From the NCBI RefSeq assembly GCF_963921235.1, contig NC_086097.1, forward strand, positions 122,452,001 through 122,516,000: a DNA stretch of 64,000 nucleotides, read 5' to 3'. This document shows, piece by piece, positions 1 to 13,515 of the stretch. The notes below the pieces were generated by a model. It saw nothing but the letters and a program-made list of their open reading frames with translations, searched no databases and was not told the origin of the DNA. Origin of the DNA: Mobula hypostoma. Taxonomy: Eukaryota. The position numbers and the translations under genes were made by a program. The first letter of the stretch is position 1. The number at the start of each line of letters is the position of its first letter.

Positions 1-589
1 AGGTAATGTTGAAATTCTTCAAGCTGATTTTGATATTATTTTTGAAGCATTTCCTTTGTCCACCAGGGGCTCACTGACCTTCCTTCAACTGGGAGTAAAA
101 GATCTGTTTGAGAAGATGCGAGTTAGGCATTAGGATGACTTGAAGAATACCCAAGAATTGTCTGTATCAGCTAGGTTTCCAGAGGATTTCCCCTGATGTT
201 TGGGAATCAATAAGCAATTGCAGAACATGATAAGATAGAAAGAATGTCGGAATCATCGCATAATTCAACCCATGGCCTTGATGGAAGAAACCAACAATGT
301 TATAGAACCATCCATGAAAAATAATCACGATCAAAGCAGATGCTCATTCAAAGTGGCTAACCGTTCCCATGGAAACTTCAACGTTTCAAGTGATAAATTT
401 AAAAGCTGAGAATATGCAGTTACTTGAAGCAAACAATTGGCTGTAATGACCAAAATTGGCAAAGTACTCAGAATCAATGGAATCTAACACACAAGCACCA
501 TGTACCCACTATGCACCCCCTCCCCCGTCAGTGGTATGGCAGAAAGGGCAACAGTCTGTCAAAGGTCAAATGGAATCATGTCAAAGTTT

Positions 590-915
590 GCAGACATTTA
601 TTTATTAGCCTTATTTCATTAGCTCTAGTTCTCACATATACATTGAAACATACAGTGAAATGCATCATCTAATGCCATTGGTCAACACACTGAGCTTGGG
701 GCAGCCTGCAAGTGGTGCAAAGCTTCCGGTGCAAGCATAGCATGCCCACAACTCACGAACCTTAACCTTTTGAAATGCGGGAGGGAACCAGAGTCCCCAG
801 ACGAAACCACACGGTCATTGGGAGAATGTACAAAAATGCTTATAGACAGTGACAGGAATAAACCGTAGTCCGTGATCAATAGTGCTGTAAATCAATGTCA
901 CTGACTGCCATGCTA
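590..915 (-). mobile_element. tRNA-derived V-domain SINE (HE1-like), degenerate
   Basis: Minus strand has a V-domain-like core (TGTACATTCTCCC..GACCGTGTGGTTTC..GGTTCCCTCCCGCATT). Confidence 0.65.
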
Positions 916-1129
916 TCATGCTACCTGAATGGCAGACCACAGTGTGTGCGGCTTCAGAGTTGTGTGTCAGACGTGGCTATAGGCAGCACTGGGGCCCCCC
1001 AGGGGACTGTACTGCTGTACTGGCCTGGCTCCCTTCCTGTTCACCCTGTATACCTTGGACTTTAGATACAACACTGAGTCATGTCATCTGCAGAAATTCT
1101 CTGATGACTCAGCAGTAGTTGGGTGTATA

Positions 1130-1925
1130 AAGGGAAGGCTGGAGGAAGAATGCGGGGCCCTGGTGGAGGACTTTGTCAAATGGTGCAAGCATCTAACATC
1201 AGTAAAACAAAGGAGATGGTGATGGACTTTAGAAAGACTAAGCCTGCACTGTTACTATTGCTGATGTGGATGTGGATGTGGTGAGGACCCTCAAATACCT
1301 GAGGCTGCACATGGATGATAGACTTGAGTGGAGCACCAACACAAAGGCTGTGTATAAGAAAGGCCAGGGTCTCCTCTACTTCCTGAGGAGACTGAGGTCC
1401 TTTGGAGTATGCAGGCCTCTCCTTCACGTGTTCTATCAGTCTGTTGTTGCCAGTACAATCTTCAATGCTGTGGTGTGCTGGGACAATGGCATCAACACAG
1501 GTGATGCCAACAGGCTCAATAAACTGATTAGAAAGTCTGGTTCTGTTATAGGAGTCAAACTGGACACACTGGAGGCTGTGGTAGAACAAAGAACCCTATG
1601 GAAAATCCTGGCAATTCTGGACAATGTTTCTCACCCTCTGCATGCTACCTTGGCTGAACAGAGGAGCACTTTTAGTAATAGACCAAGACAAACTGTGCTA
1701 CTCCAAAGAGCGCTATATGAGGTGATTCTTTACCCTTGGCCAATAGGCTCTATAATGAGTTAACCTATAGCCAGGAAAGTGATGACCCCCTCCTGTTAGA
1801 CTGTTTGAGGTAACTTACATTTTATTCTTTCTACTTATCCTCTAATATTTATATCTGTGCACTTGTAATGCTACTGTGACACTGCAATTTCCTTTGGGAT
1901 CAATGAAGTATCTATCTATCTACCT
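1130..1925 (+). mobile_element. Rex1/Babar LINE 3' fragment
   Basis: SKTKEMVMDFRK and KKGQGLLYFLRRLRSF RT C-terminal motifs; (TATC)n tail. Confidence 0.85.
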
Positions 1926-2019
1926 ATGCTGCCCAAATTTGACTTCCCAAATACACCAAATAGAAATGACAAAACAGGTACCTTTGGAGATATGCATGTG
2001 CAGACTTAACAGAACATAG

Positions 2020-2325
2020 TAGGAGAATCTTAGCACCAGAGGGCACAGGATCAGAATTCAAGGACGTCCAATTAGAACAAAGATGAGGAGAAATTTCTTT
2101 AGACAGAGGGTGATGAATCTGTGGAATTCACTGCCACCAACAGCACATCATTGGGTATATTTAAAGCGGAGGTTAAGATGCTCTTGCTTAGTCAGGGTGT
2201 CAAAGATTACGGAGGGAAGGCAGGAGAATTGAGTTGAGAGAGATAATAAATCAGTCAGGATGGAATGATCGAATAGACCTGATGGGCCAAATGGCCTAAT
2301 TCTACTCCTATATTTTATAGTCTAT
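2020..2325 (+). mobile_element. CR1-type LINE 3' end
   Basis: TRGH..MRRNFF.QRV.NLWNSL-type motif plus GGCCAAATGGCCTAATTCT 3' UTR. Confidence 0.8.
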
Positions 2326-2489
2326 TAGCTTATTCCTAATGCAACCCTAGTCTCATCAGAGATTTTCCTTTATCCTAGACACCATCCTCCAGCTTTACTA
2401 CAACTAAACACTTGTCTTTTTCTTGCCCAATTCTTTCAAAGGGTAGTTAACACAAAACTCGAAATGTCTTTGTTTTTTTTTTGTTCTAA

Positions 2490-2755
2490 TCAGCGTTCAA
2501 TTCCCAGTGCAGTCTCTAAGGAGGGTGCACCTTCTCTCCATAACTGTGTGGGTTTCCTGCGGGTGCTCCGGTCTTCTCCCACATTCCAAAAATGTATGAT
2601 TAGCGTCAATGAGTTGTGGACAGGCTATGTTAGCGCCAGAAGTGCAACTACACTTGCAGGTTGCCCCCAGCGCAACCCCACTGATTTGATTTGATGCAAA
2701 TGCACATTTCACTGCATGTTTCAACGTGTATGTAACCATTAGAGCTAAATCTTCT
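2490..2755 (+). mobile_element. V-domain SINE
   Basis: B-box GTTCAATTCC followed by GTGGGTTTCCTGCGGGTGCTCCGG core. Confidence 0.75.
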
Positions 2756-4615
2756 CCTTCTTTCAATTCTTTAATACCACACTGACCCAAGGAATTCTTT
2801 GACCATACAATCAAACTGCATTACCAACACTCATTTAAATATGTCAGAGGAAAAGTCTTGACAAAAGTGGTTTCTCTCTTTAGAAATAATATCCTCCGAA
2901 TCTTTATTTTCCAGTGCAACATCAATAGGCTGGAAAGCAAATGCACCACCTCTTCTTTGAGCCACCAAGATTCCTCTGAAGTTTGGTCACAGCTACACTC
3001 AGACTGGAGATAAACAAAACTCCAATGATAACAACTAAGCCACAAAATAGCCAGATTCCTGTTTTGTTTTATACAGCACGGTTACAGACCCTTCTGGCCC
3101 AACGAGACTTCCCTGTCCATTACACCCATGTCACCAATTAACCCACTAACCCATATATCTTTGGAATTGGTGAGGAAACCCATGTGGTCACGGGAGAATG
3201 TACCAATTCCTTATTTCTAGAAAACAAACAGAAGTAACTTCACTGTAACGACTCAAAAAATCAGCAAACAATTATATGTGCACAGGTGATTATATAAGCA
3301 TAGGAAAGTTAAATTATAAGTAAATATCAATTCTACACCCCAATCCAATATACAGGAAATAACACAATATTTCTATAACGAAATGAATAATACAGCTCCT
3401 CTCCAGCTGTCATGCTGAATTCATCATCCATGTTATAAATTTTTAATCTATATTTCTATGAGTTATGGTATTAACACAGCACACCACAATGAACAACAAC
3501 AAAGTAGGTCAAGAGCATCTTTCAGAATGACCCTACCAGGACAAAATTATTTCATTCACTGTTGGCTGGAATGGAATGAATTTATTAAGGCTGTGATCTC
3601 TTCTGTAGAGATAAGCCTGCCAAATAGAGATTTATTTTCCATTCCGGATGAAAGGCAAAATCTCCAAGTCACATTCTCGCTTCCTAATATCAGGACATTA
3701 AAGGTCACTGGTTCCAGTCTTCAGATGTATGATTTCCTCTTTAGAATTGTTCCCACTTAATTCTAATTGTTCTGTTGAAGTGTACACATTAACCGACTCT
3801 TACAGGCTCTGCATTCACCAATAGATTTAATGTTTGTGCTGCACTTGCATTAAAAAGAATCATTTTACAAAAGATTGTGAATAATCTGTTTTAAAGCATT
3901 CTTTCCATTATCCTGTTCCAGGCTACAAGGAGAGTAAAGTATTCCTTAAAATATTGCTCCAGGGCGAGTTTTCAGGAATCGTATGTCAGCCTCCTTGGAT
4001 GCACTGGCAGGAGATAAAATTTTGCATTGAACCCTTTTCTACTGCATGCATTTTGACATCTTACTATTTTTATCTTCAGCACGTGTGCTGATTTCTCTGA
4101 CAAATTAACATATAGCCTTTCCTGGTCTCTTACTTGGTACAGTAGAAATATCAGCAAAGTCTGGTTAAACATTGGTGCAAATATTGTTGAAAAAATAAAG
4201 ATGAACAGCATTATCAAGTCAGCAAATTCGTGGAATGAAAGGTATATGCCTCAGGTTGTTGGAAAATTTATAGTACTACATCTTTTGTTTTGCAAAACTG
4301 ACAGCTTGCTCTTTGCTTCCCGACCACTTTTGATATCTAAGACATTTACACTAATTGTAGAAAGCTGAGAGTGATAATTAAGAAAACAAGAAACACTTTA
4401 AAATTGTCACTAACATTTATGTAATTCCTACTAACCTCTGGTTCAGGAAAGGAACAATTTAAACTGCTCAATCTAATAGCACACATGACATTCATAGACC
4501 ATAGCACAGAGTGAGCCTTTCAACCAGCAATGTAATGCCAACCAATAAACAAACTTCTCCATTGTCAATCTAACCCTTCCCTACTACACAGTCTAAAACT
4601 CTGTTCTTATATTTA

Positions 4616-5166
4616 CACTCAGTGGCCACTCTATTAGGTACATCTGTACACCTCATTAATGCAAATACCTAATCAGCCAATCATGTGGCAGTGACTCAAT
4701 GCATAAAAGCATGCAGTCAGAGTCAAGAGGTTCAGTTGTTGTTCAGACCAAACATCAGAATGGGGAAGAAATGTGACCTAAGTAACTTTAACCATGGAAT
4801 GATTGTCGGTGCCAGACGGGGCGGTTTGAGTATCTCAGAAACTGCTGATCTTCTGGGATCCTCACACACAAGAGTCACTAGAGTTTACAGAGAATGGTGT
4901 GAAAAGCAAAAAAAATACATCCAGTGAGTGGCTGTCCAGTGGATGAAAATGTCTTGTTAATGAGAGAGAGGTCAGAGGAGAATGGCCAGACTAGTTCAAC
5001 CTGATAGGAAGGTGACAGTAACTCAAATAACCACACATTACAACAGTGGTGTGCAAAAAAGCATCTCTGAATGCACAAGACATTGAAACTTGAAGTGGAT
5101 GGGCTACAGCATCAGAAGACAACGGACACATGCATAGTGCCACTTTATTAGGTACAGAAGGTATCT
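4616..5166 (+). mobile_element. Non-autonomous Tc1-like element (transposase N-terminus only), copy 1
   Basis: TA then CACTCAGTGGCCACT TIR; MGKKCDLSNFNHGMIVGARRGGLSISETADLLG paired-like HTH; stops before the DDE domain. Confidence 0.85.
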
Positions 5167-5875
5167 GTGAGTATCTGTGTATATCAATTAAACATTGTCT
5201 TTTCCCTGTCCTTATCGTATGAGCCTCTACCACTGACCCCCATCAGCATTATCCAAGCATTTTAACATCCTTAAGAGAGATTTATTCTTACTTTTCACCT
5301 CTATGAATTTTCCCTTTGGTTTCCACGTTTGCATACCTTGTAGAAGGTTTATTTAGCCAATTGTTTCTGTGCCAGTTTAAAAAGCAATCCTACTAATTTT
5401 CCCCTGCAAAATCTATTCTTCCCACGTTCCCTAAAGCTCCAACACTAGGGGCAAGTTAGTGTCCAGTTGACACATCTTTTTGATATAGAGAGAAAAAAAC
5501 TTCAGCACCCAGAGGAAACACATTCAGTCATAGGAAATATATGTAATCTCCACACAGACGGCACAGGAGGTCAGCATGAAACCTGGGTTGCCAGAGATGT
5601 GAGGAGCCAGCACTGCCGAGTGCACCACACGTCTTCTCAGTCAATCCTCTGTAAAATTGTTCTGCTCGCCATTATCAGGAATATTCCAGCATCCTCTAAA
5701 TACCCTTTTGGTGTCATTGTCAGCTTGAATTTCTACCGGGTTATAGAACTCAAGATTTTCTAAGCCAAAGGTTGAGGAAAGCTTTTCTAATCATGCTTAC
5801 TTGGACACCTTATCCCAATGTCATGTGGCTCATTATTTTCAGTGTTAATATGCTCTCTTCTGGGGTCTTCCAACT

Positions 5876-6470
5876 TATAACCATATAACCATATAACAAT
5901 TACAGCTCAGAAACAGGCCATCTCAGCCCTTCTAGCCGTGCTGAACAATTACTCTCACCTAGTCCCACTGTCCTGCACTCAGCCCATAAACCTCCATTCC
6001 TTTCCTGACTATATAGCTGTCCAATTTAACTTTAAATGACAATATCAAACCTGCCTCTGCCACTTCTACTGGAAGCTCATCCCACACAGTTACCACTCTC
6101 TGAGTAAAGAAGTTCCCCTTCATGTTACCTCTAAACTTTTGCCCCCTAACTCTCAAATCATGTCCTCTTGTTTGAATCTCCCCTACTCTCAATGGAAAAA
6201 ACCTATCCACATCAACTCTATCTATCCCCCTCATAATTTTAATACCTCTATTAAGTCCCCCCTCAACCTTCTACACTCCAAAGAATAAAGACCCAACTTG
6301 TTCAACCTTTCTTTGTAACTTAGGTGATGAAACCCAGATAACATTCTGGTAAATCGACTCTGTACTCTCTCTATTTTGTTGATATCTTTCCAATAATTTG
6401 GTGACCAGAACTGTACACAATACTCCAAATTTGGCCGTACCACTGCCTTGTACAATTTTAACATTACAAC
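5876..6470 (-). mobile_element. CR1 LINE 3' fragment
   Basis: LYKAVVRPNLEYCVQFWSP and TRGH..NFFTQRVV motifs; (TTATATGG)n tail. Confidence 0.9.
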
Positions 6471-6474
6471 TTGG

Positions 6475-6940
6475 ATTTCAAAGTGCAAAGTAAATTTATT
6501 CTCAAAGTATGTATATATCACCATATACAGTATTACTTTGATATTCATTTTTTGTGGGCACTTACAGGAAAATAAAGAAATACAATAGAATTTCTGAAAA
6601 ACTATAAATAAGAATATATCTCATATAGAATATATACCAAAAACCAATGTGCAAAAGATGACACATCATGCAAATAATTCTAAAAAAGTAAATAAATAAT
6701 ACTGAGCTTGAAAATGAGTCTATAGGTTGTGGAGTCAGTTCAGTGTTGAGGTGAGTGAAGGTATCCACACTGGTTCAGGACTCTGATGGCTATAGGGTAA
6801 TATCTGTTTCTGGACCTGGTGGTTTGGGACATCCTGCCTGATGGCAGCAACATGGCCTGGACAGTGAGGTTATTGGTGATGGATGATACTTTTGTGTGGC
6901 AGCGCTCATTGTAAATGTGCTCCTTGTAAATATCCCATCT
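6475..6940 (-). mobile_element. Rex1/Babar 3' fragment
   Basis: LLPSGR..TTRSRNRYYPIAIRVLN terminal motif plus 3' UTR ending AATAAATTTACTTTG. Confidence 0.7.
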
Positions 6941-7289
6941 CCACATAATCCAACCTCCAATGAGCTCAATCATTCATTCATGAAACACGCAGCACTAGAA
7001 GAAACTAAATGAAGTAGCATCCATTTTTTTGGTTAAAAATCCAACCCTATAACTAGTTTGAAGAAAAAAAAAGTCTGAGGGATGGAAATGAAGACAAATT
7101 TAATCCGGGAGTAACATAGGCATTTTGACTGATGAAGCATTGCAAAATGAGAAAAAAGTGCTGTTGAGAAACAACAAGCAAACCCCCTGTGGCAAAGATT
7201 AACAAGCAATGATGAAAGTTTCTTAAATCCTCTATAGTTGCTAAACTAGTATACTTCAATGCCTCTGCAGCTTCCCATTGCAATCTGAA

Positions 7290-7693
7290 GTGCCACAGTA
7301 GCATAGCTGTTAGTGCGACGCTATTACAGCTCAGTACCTCGGAGCCCGGAGTTCAACTCAGTCTCCATCTTGTACGTGAATGCCTGTGTTTTCTCCGGGT
7401 GCTCCGGTTTCCTATGATATTCCAAAGATGGACAAGTTACTAGGTTCCAACCTCCAATGAGCTCAACGCTCATTCGTTCATGAAGAACACGGCACTATAA
7501 GACATTAACCAAAGGAGCATCAGGGTTTTTTTTTGGTTGAAAATCCAACCCTATAACTAGTAAATTAACAGTAAACCTGTGTAAATTGCCCTGTGATTAG
7601 GCTAGGGTTAAATATGTGAGTTACTGGACGGTGTGGCTTGTTGGGCCAGAAGGGCCTGTTTCCTGCTGTATCTCGAAATAAGATAAAATAAAA
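7290..7693 (+). mobile_element. V-domain SINE with CR1-like tail, interrupted by a ~115-bp insertion
   Basis: tRNA-like head (GAGTTCAA), TCTCCGGGTGCTCCGGTTTCC core, GGGCCAGAAGGGCCTGTTTC tail. Confidence 0.8.
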
Positions 7694-8299
7694 AGCGTGC
7701 ACTCCTGACTGGAATCCAGGTGGTGAATCAGTCTGTGTTTGGCCAGGCCTTCAAGGAAACTATTTGTAATAAGGCCCCACACTTGCAATCATTGCAGCGC
7801 CCAACAAAAGCAGCGCTACGATATCTGAACATTCATGATGCTTTAAGCAACTTCTGAGCACAAATTTCAACTGACCACTGAGTAGCAATCTATAATTGCT
7901 AAGCAGTTGTCAAAAGGTTTCAAGATGAAACAATCATTGTTCCTCAACTGTGTAACCATCAATTAACAAGAAAGCCTCTGGGTAGAGAACAGCATTTTTC
8001 ATTAAAAATACAAACAGCATTAACCATTAATATTGTCAATTGAAGCCACAAGCTTCAGTGTTAAAAGTCCTACAGATGTGCAACAATGAAGACAAAATGT
8101 TTAATGCATTTTAATAGCAATGCTGTCAGATAAAATTCGATGGTGAGGAATGCAGACATATCAGTACAGCTGGCCTAAAGCTCCAGTAAATACAAAAATT
8201 TGAAAGAGGCATTGTAACACAACAACAGGGAGCATCAGAAAGGAATTGCTAGAATTTGGGGCATTGGCAGTTGAAGGCATGGACTCTTACAGAAGGTCA

Positions 8300-9060
8300 G
8301 AAATACAAGGCATTCTGCAAATGCTGGAAATCTACAGTAACACACAAAATAAGGAACAATACTGAATATTCTGTCCAAATAGCCTATAACCTGCATCAAT
8401 TTCTCTACCTTCTGATAATTTCTCCCACCTTCCCCTTTCTTTCTTGTTCCATTCACCATTCTCGCTCCCCTCTTACCTCTTCCCTTCTCCTCATCTGCCT
8501 ATCACATCCCTCTGGTGCCATGTCTCCTTTCCTTTCTTCCATGGTCCACTCTTCTCTCCTATCAAATTTCTTCTTCTTCATGCTTTTACCTTTTTCACCT
8601 ATCACCTGTCAGCTTCTCACTTCATCCTCCCCCACTCACCTGGTTTCACCAATAACCTTCAAGCTTGTACACATTCATCTTCCCCACAACCCCACTCCCA
8701 TTTTCTTATTCTGGATTCTTCCCCATTCTTTTCCAGTCCTGATAAAGAGTCTCAACCCAAAATGTCAATTCTTTCTTCCTTTCCATGGATGCTGCCTGAC
8801 CAGCTGAGTTCCTCTCTATGAATAGAAAGTCAGAGGGTATGACAATAGAGACCTCTACAGATTGTAGGGCTGGAAGGAAAAACCACAAAAAATCATTGAA
8901 AGTCACTCTAATCCTCATCTTTTTCTCCAGTCCTGCGAAATGGTCTCAGCCCGTAACTCTTTTCCACAGATGCTGCCTGGTCTGCCGAGTTCCTCCAGCA
9001 ACTTGTGTGTGTGTGTTGCTTGGATTTCCAGCATCTGCAGATTTTCTCTTGTTTGTGGTT
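8300..9060 (+). mobile_element. Penelope-derived terminal-repeat fragments (two) with degenerate hammerhead motifs
   Basis: Pyrimidine-rich tract, CAGTCCTGATAA..AAAATGTC at 8734-8771, GATGCTGCCTG..CTGAGTTCCTC; same family as 52165-52710. Confidence 0.7.
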
Positions 9061-9974
9061 AAAAAGAAGGCATTTGCAGAGACCAGAGCTACTGCAGCTT
9101 GGCAAATAACAAGAGCGCAAGCTGAATAAAGCATTAAGGGTGCTGGTCCATCTTCTGCACACAAAGACAATTTTGAAATCCAAAATCAGATCAGTGCTCT
9201 GTAAATCTCCTCTGTGTGCAAGCTATAATTGTGAAATGAGACTTCTAACTTCTCCACATCCCTGTCCCTAAACACTAATCTCACCTCTTTCTCGCCGACA
9301 ACCATATCCCTAAAACCTAACCAGACCCCAACTTCCCCCTCTCTCTCCTCAAAACCATCCCTGTGAACTTAAAAGAGAGCGAAGTCTGAGTATAAACATG
9401 ATGGAGACGACAACTCGGTGCCACCTTGAACAAAAAAAACAAAAAGACATCTCCAAAGAAATATTCCCATGCCGAGACCATTTTAAAAGATTGCACACTG
9501 GCACACAACAGCTTTTTCTGCTGAGACACAGTTGGAATACATTGCTGGGCCAAGTACAAGTGTGTGGCATTTGGTCATGCAGCACTTAACAAGAGATTGT
9601 TGGTGATGGGCACTGAAATGGAAATTGTTATATGCATTCACATCCTTCATCTTAATGAGCACATTTTTTAAAGACCATAGGAACGAGCGACATCAATTTA
9701 ATGGCTCACAACTTCCATATAAAAGACATCCTTGTGCACAATCCCTTGATGAAAAAAAACCTCAAAGTGCCTAATATTCATGACTCATGTCCTAAATCTA
9801 AGTCACATCAGGGTTAATGGCAAATTAAGTATTAAACAAAAATAAAAATCAATTGCAAATTGCAGCACCCTCACTGAGAAATGGTGGGCGAGGTGCATGG
9901 GCATTCGATTACCCTCATCACAGTGACAAGAGGAGCTGTCATTTATAACTTTGACAGGAGTTGTATTCTGCATT

Positions 9975-12180
9975 GTGGCAAGGATGCGAACCAAACTTCA
10001 ACCATTCTAACTTAAAAACAGCCCAGCCTAAGTTCTACTGGCAGGCTGTCTTTGCTACCAGAGGTGACAACACATTAGACCCGGTTTATATCAACGTCCC
10101 TGGTGCATACAAAGCTGCTCCCCACCCCACCTTGGATACTCTGCCCACCTCTCTGTTATGCTAAATTCCTGCATATACACCACTTATCGAACAAGGCAAA
10201 CCAGTTCAAAGGGAGATGAGGACCTGGTGAGAAGGAGCAACCTCACCATTACAGGACCGTTTTGAAAACACAGACTGGCAGACATTCAGGGAGGTGGCTA
10301 CCTATGACCATCACATTAACATTGATGAATATGCGGGATCTATGACAGGTTACAGTACATAGCAGTGGCTCCCAACCATTTTTATGCCACGGACAAACAC
10401 TGTTAATCAAGGAGTCCCTGGTCCCCAGGTTGGGAATCTCTGGTATATGGCGAAGTGCTTTGAGGATGTCACTGTTACTACAGACATCCATGTGTGTAAT
10501 ATCAGAAGCCATGGCCGACAGCAGGCATTGCTGAAACATCGGGATACTGCCTTCAGATTGGGGCTTAAGACAGCTCTCAGGACAGCAAGAGCTTGTGCTT
10601 TCCCATGCCATCAGGAAGGCAAAACGGGATTATTCACAGAGGATGTACAACTTGAGACACACAGCGCATGTGGCAGGGCATTCAGACCATAATGGTCTAC
10701 GTTGACCCCTGCATGTCAACAGCAGCGCTGCCTCTCTTCCTGATAGGCTGAAAGTGTTCTACACTCCGTTTGATGCACGGAGCAATGCGCTGGCGAGGAA
10801 TCCCCCGCCCACACCCACTCCGTCCTCCCAAGGAGCAGGCACTCTGTGTGGCTACAGCTGATGCGAGGAAGACCCGAGCCAGGATCAATCATGTAAAGCT
10901 GCTGGTCCTGAGAACATACATTGTTGGGTGCTGAGGGACTATGTGGTTATCAGAGACATCGTTGTCATTTCTCTGGAACAGTCCACTGTCCCCAAATGCT
11001 TCAAGACAGCCACCATCAATCTGTTTCCCAAGAGGGCGGCAGTAATCTGCCTTCACGGCCACCGTCCAGTGGCAATATAACCTCAATAATGAAGTGCTAT
11101 GAATGGTTGCTTATGGATCACATTAAATCCCAGTGTCCTGCCATATTCGGCCCTGTCCAGTTCGGTTATCACTCATATTGTCCACTGATGATGCCATAGT
11201 CTCCGGACTGAACTTCATCCTGTTCCATCTGGAAAATGGTGTCTCGTACACCAGAATGCTGTTTAGCAACTTCGGCAAGGCCTTTAATACGAACGTCCCT
11301 CAGAAGCTGGTGCATCCACCGTCCTTGTTGGATATCAACACCTCTCTCTGTAACTGGATCTTGGATTTCTTGACGGAAAGGCCACGGTCCGTTTGTGTTG
11401 GGAGCAACACCTTTAGCTCCATCACACTGGGCACCAGTGCCCTCCCACCACCCCCCCCCGTCCCCCATGGCTCTGGACTCAGCCGGCCGCTGTTCACACT
11501 GCTGACACATGACTGCACTGCTAGATCCAATCCAAACTGAATCATCAAGTTCACTGATGGTACAGCATTCGTTGGCCTCATCAACAACAACGATGAGACA
11601 GCATCCAGAGAGGAGGTAGAGCAGCTGGCAAAATGGTGCCAGCACAACAACTTGAGTCACAAAATGGACCAGACTAAGGAGGTGATTGTTGATTTTAGGA
11701 AGGTGCAGACTGACTACTACTCACAGCACAAAAATGACTATTCCATGGAGAGTGTTAGGAGCATAAAGTTTCTGGGAGTGCACATAACAGATGATCTCAC
11801 CTGGCTCCTTAACACCACCTATTTAGTCAAGAAAGCACAGCAGTGTCTCCACTTCCTGAGGAGGTTGAGCTGAGCGAGGCTCCCCACTGCCCCATTCTAA
11901 TCAATTTTCACAGCAGCACCATCGGGAGTGTCCTGACCAGCTGCATCACTGTCTGGTACAGGAATTGCAAGGCATTTGACCATAAGACCCTATAAAGAAT
12001 CGCAAGGACTCCTGAGAAGTTTGTCGCGATCTCCATTCTACCCATATGAGCTATTTATCAGGTGTGGTATGTACACAGGTCCCTTACCACTGTCTATCAT
12101 CCCTCAACCTCCAACTATACTTTGACCCCCTATTATCAGGCAGGGATACTGTAGCACTAGGACAAGGACCTTGAGGATGG
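9975..12180 (+). mobile_element. Degenerate Rex1/Babar LINE (APE end to RT end)
   Basis: ATRGDNTLD (APE), STDDAI..RMLFSNFGKAFNT, LCNWILDFLTERP, IIKFTDGT and KKAQQCLHFLRRL motifs, with frameshifts. Confidence 0.88.
10363..10442. mobile_element. 80-bp hAT/Charlie-like MITE inside the Rex1 LINE
   Basis: TIRs CAGTGGCTCCCAACC / GGTTGGGAATCTCTG; 8-bp TSD GTACATAG / GTATATGG. Confidence 0.8.
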
Positions 12181-12189
12181 TTCCTGAAA

Positions 12190-12375
12190 TCACGACAGCA
12201 ATACCATCTTGGGTTTAGCCATCTGGTGCTTTGCTCCTGGTAGGGTAACCCATAGTGATAAGGTCAAGGGGGTGATTCTAGACAAAGAGCGATCCAACCA
12301 AGACCTGAACAGTCGAGCGGGCAGTCACTTTGCAGTCCACGACACTGGACCCTGAACCCCAACCTGAGAAGCTGG
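12190..12375 (+). mobile_element. Probable RTE (Expander/Rex3-like) 5' region fragment
   Basis: GCTCCTGGTAGGGTAACCCAT..AAGGTC..AGACAAAGAGCG resembles fish RTE 5' UTRs as I recall them. Confidence 0.5.
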
Positions 12376-12993
12376 TGAAACATTCTGGTTTCCTTAGCTG
12401 CATAAGCCTTGGGAAGACAATCTCTGGCCCCGCCAAACATGGGAGATTGGGGCGCGAACCCACCCCAAAACCCCACTTATATGGATGCTGTGTGATTCAT
12501 TACCCTGTTACAAATGAGTGCCACGAAATAACAGATGCTACACCGCATACAATTAAATTCTTTATAATTCTTAATTTGACTAAAGGGTTAATAACAAAAA
12601 GAACCAAAAAAAGGGGCCCAGTTTAATGAAATGGTCTAATACGCACAAGTTGGATCTCATGGTTTCCCCAAGTCACCAATCCTCAATTGATCTCACCCCA
12701 GGATTCGACAAATCATGGTCCAGCTCCGGGTCGAATCCTATGATCTCTTCTCTCTGGCGTCTTCTCTCTTCATTTCTCTTGAACCACCCAAAAAAAAAAC
12801 CCCAAGCCCAACCTTAGTGTCACTCACCAGAGAAACCGCCCCTTCAATTCAACCATCCTAATTGGATGGCAGACATGTCCCCATATCTTCAACAATAACC
12901 CAAACATAAGCTGGAAACAAGCAGCTCGCACAGAGCAGCACAAAATGAAATACATACAGCATAACAGTAAAATATATGGACCAGGGCATTACA
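12376..12993 (-). mobile_element. Solo LTR
   Basis: Minus strand starts TGTAATGCCCTGG and ends TTTCA; flanks CTGG/CTAG (4-bp TSD, 1 mismatch); related to 41276-42050. Confidence 0.7.
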
Positions 12994-13384
12994 CTAGGAA
13001 GGGGTAAGTGCAGCCAGGTGAACTCCTCATTCACTTCAGGTCTGTACAACAGCACTACTTACACACCATTTTCTGCATCTTCTTCTTTAAAAGGCAGATA
13101 CACAAAGCATGTTTCAATTCTCTGCCATTTTTATATTTTACATGATAACTTCTTCAGTCTCAGTCTGTTATGGGAATAACAACAAATGTTTATTAATGTT
13201 TTTCACTTTGCACATAGAATTATAAAAAAAATCTATAAACAGGCTATAGAAATATTTACTATCCTTTTTATAAATACTTGCAACAGTTATCTCAACTTTG
13301 ATCCTCAAAATTCTAAACTTCCCCAGTCTACAGATTCATTGATATTGTTGACAATGTTGCAAGCTTCTTCCTTTAATCTGATAC

Positions 13385-13515
13385 TGTAACTGCTGAAGAG
13401 TTTTGGCCCAAAATGTCAACTGTACTCTTGTCCATAGATGCTGCCAGGCCTGCGGAGTTCATCCTGTATTTTGTGTGCATTGTTCGGATTTCCAGCATCT
13501 GCAGATTTTCTCTTG
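13385..13515 (+). mobile_element. Penelope-derived terminal repeat fragment
   Basis: CTGCTGAAGAG..GGCCCAAAATGTCAACTG followed by GATGCTGCC..GATTTCCAGCATCTGCAG. Confidence 0.7.

Noticed and set aside
3900..4100. Possible DOK6 exon 2 in unique intronic DNA
   Set aside because: Minus-strand translation does not give the expected RCWLVFKKASSKGP peptide.
12190..12375. HDV-like ribozyme in RTE 5' fragments (also about 55320-55480)
   Set aside because: Plausible for RTE elements, but I could not build the nested double pseudoknot by eye; it needs a descriptor search.
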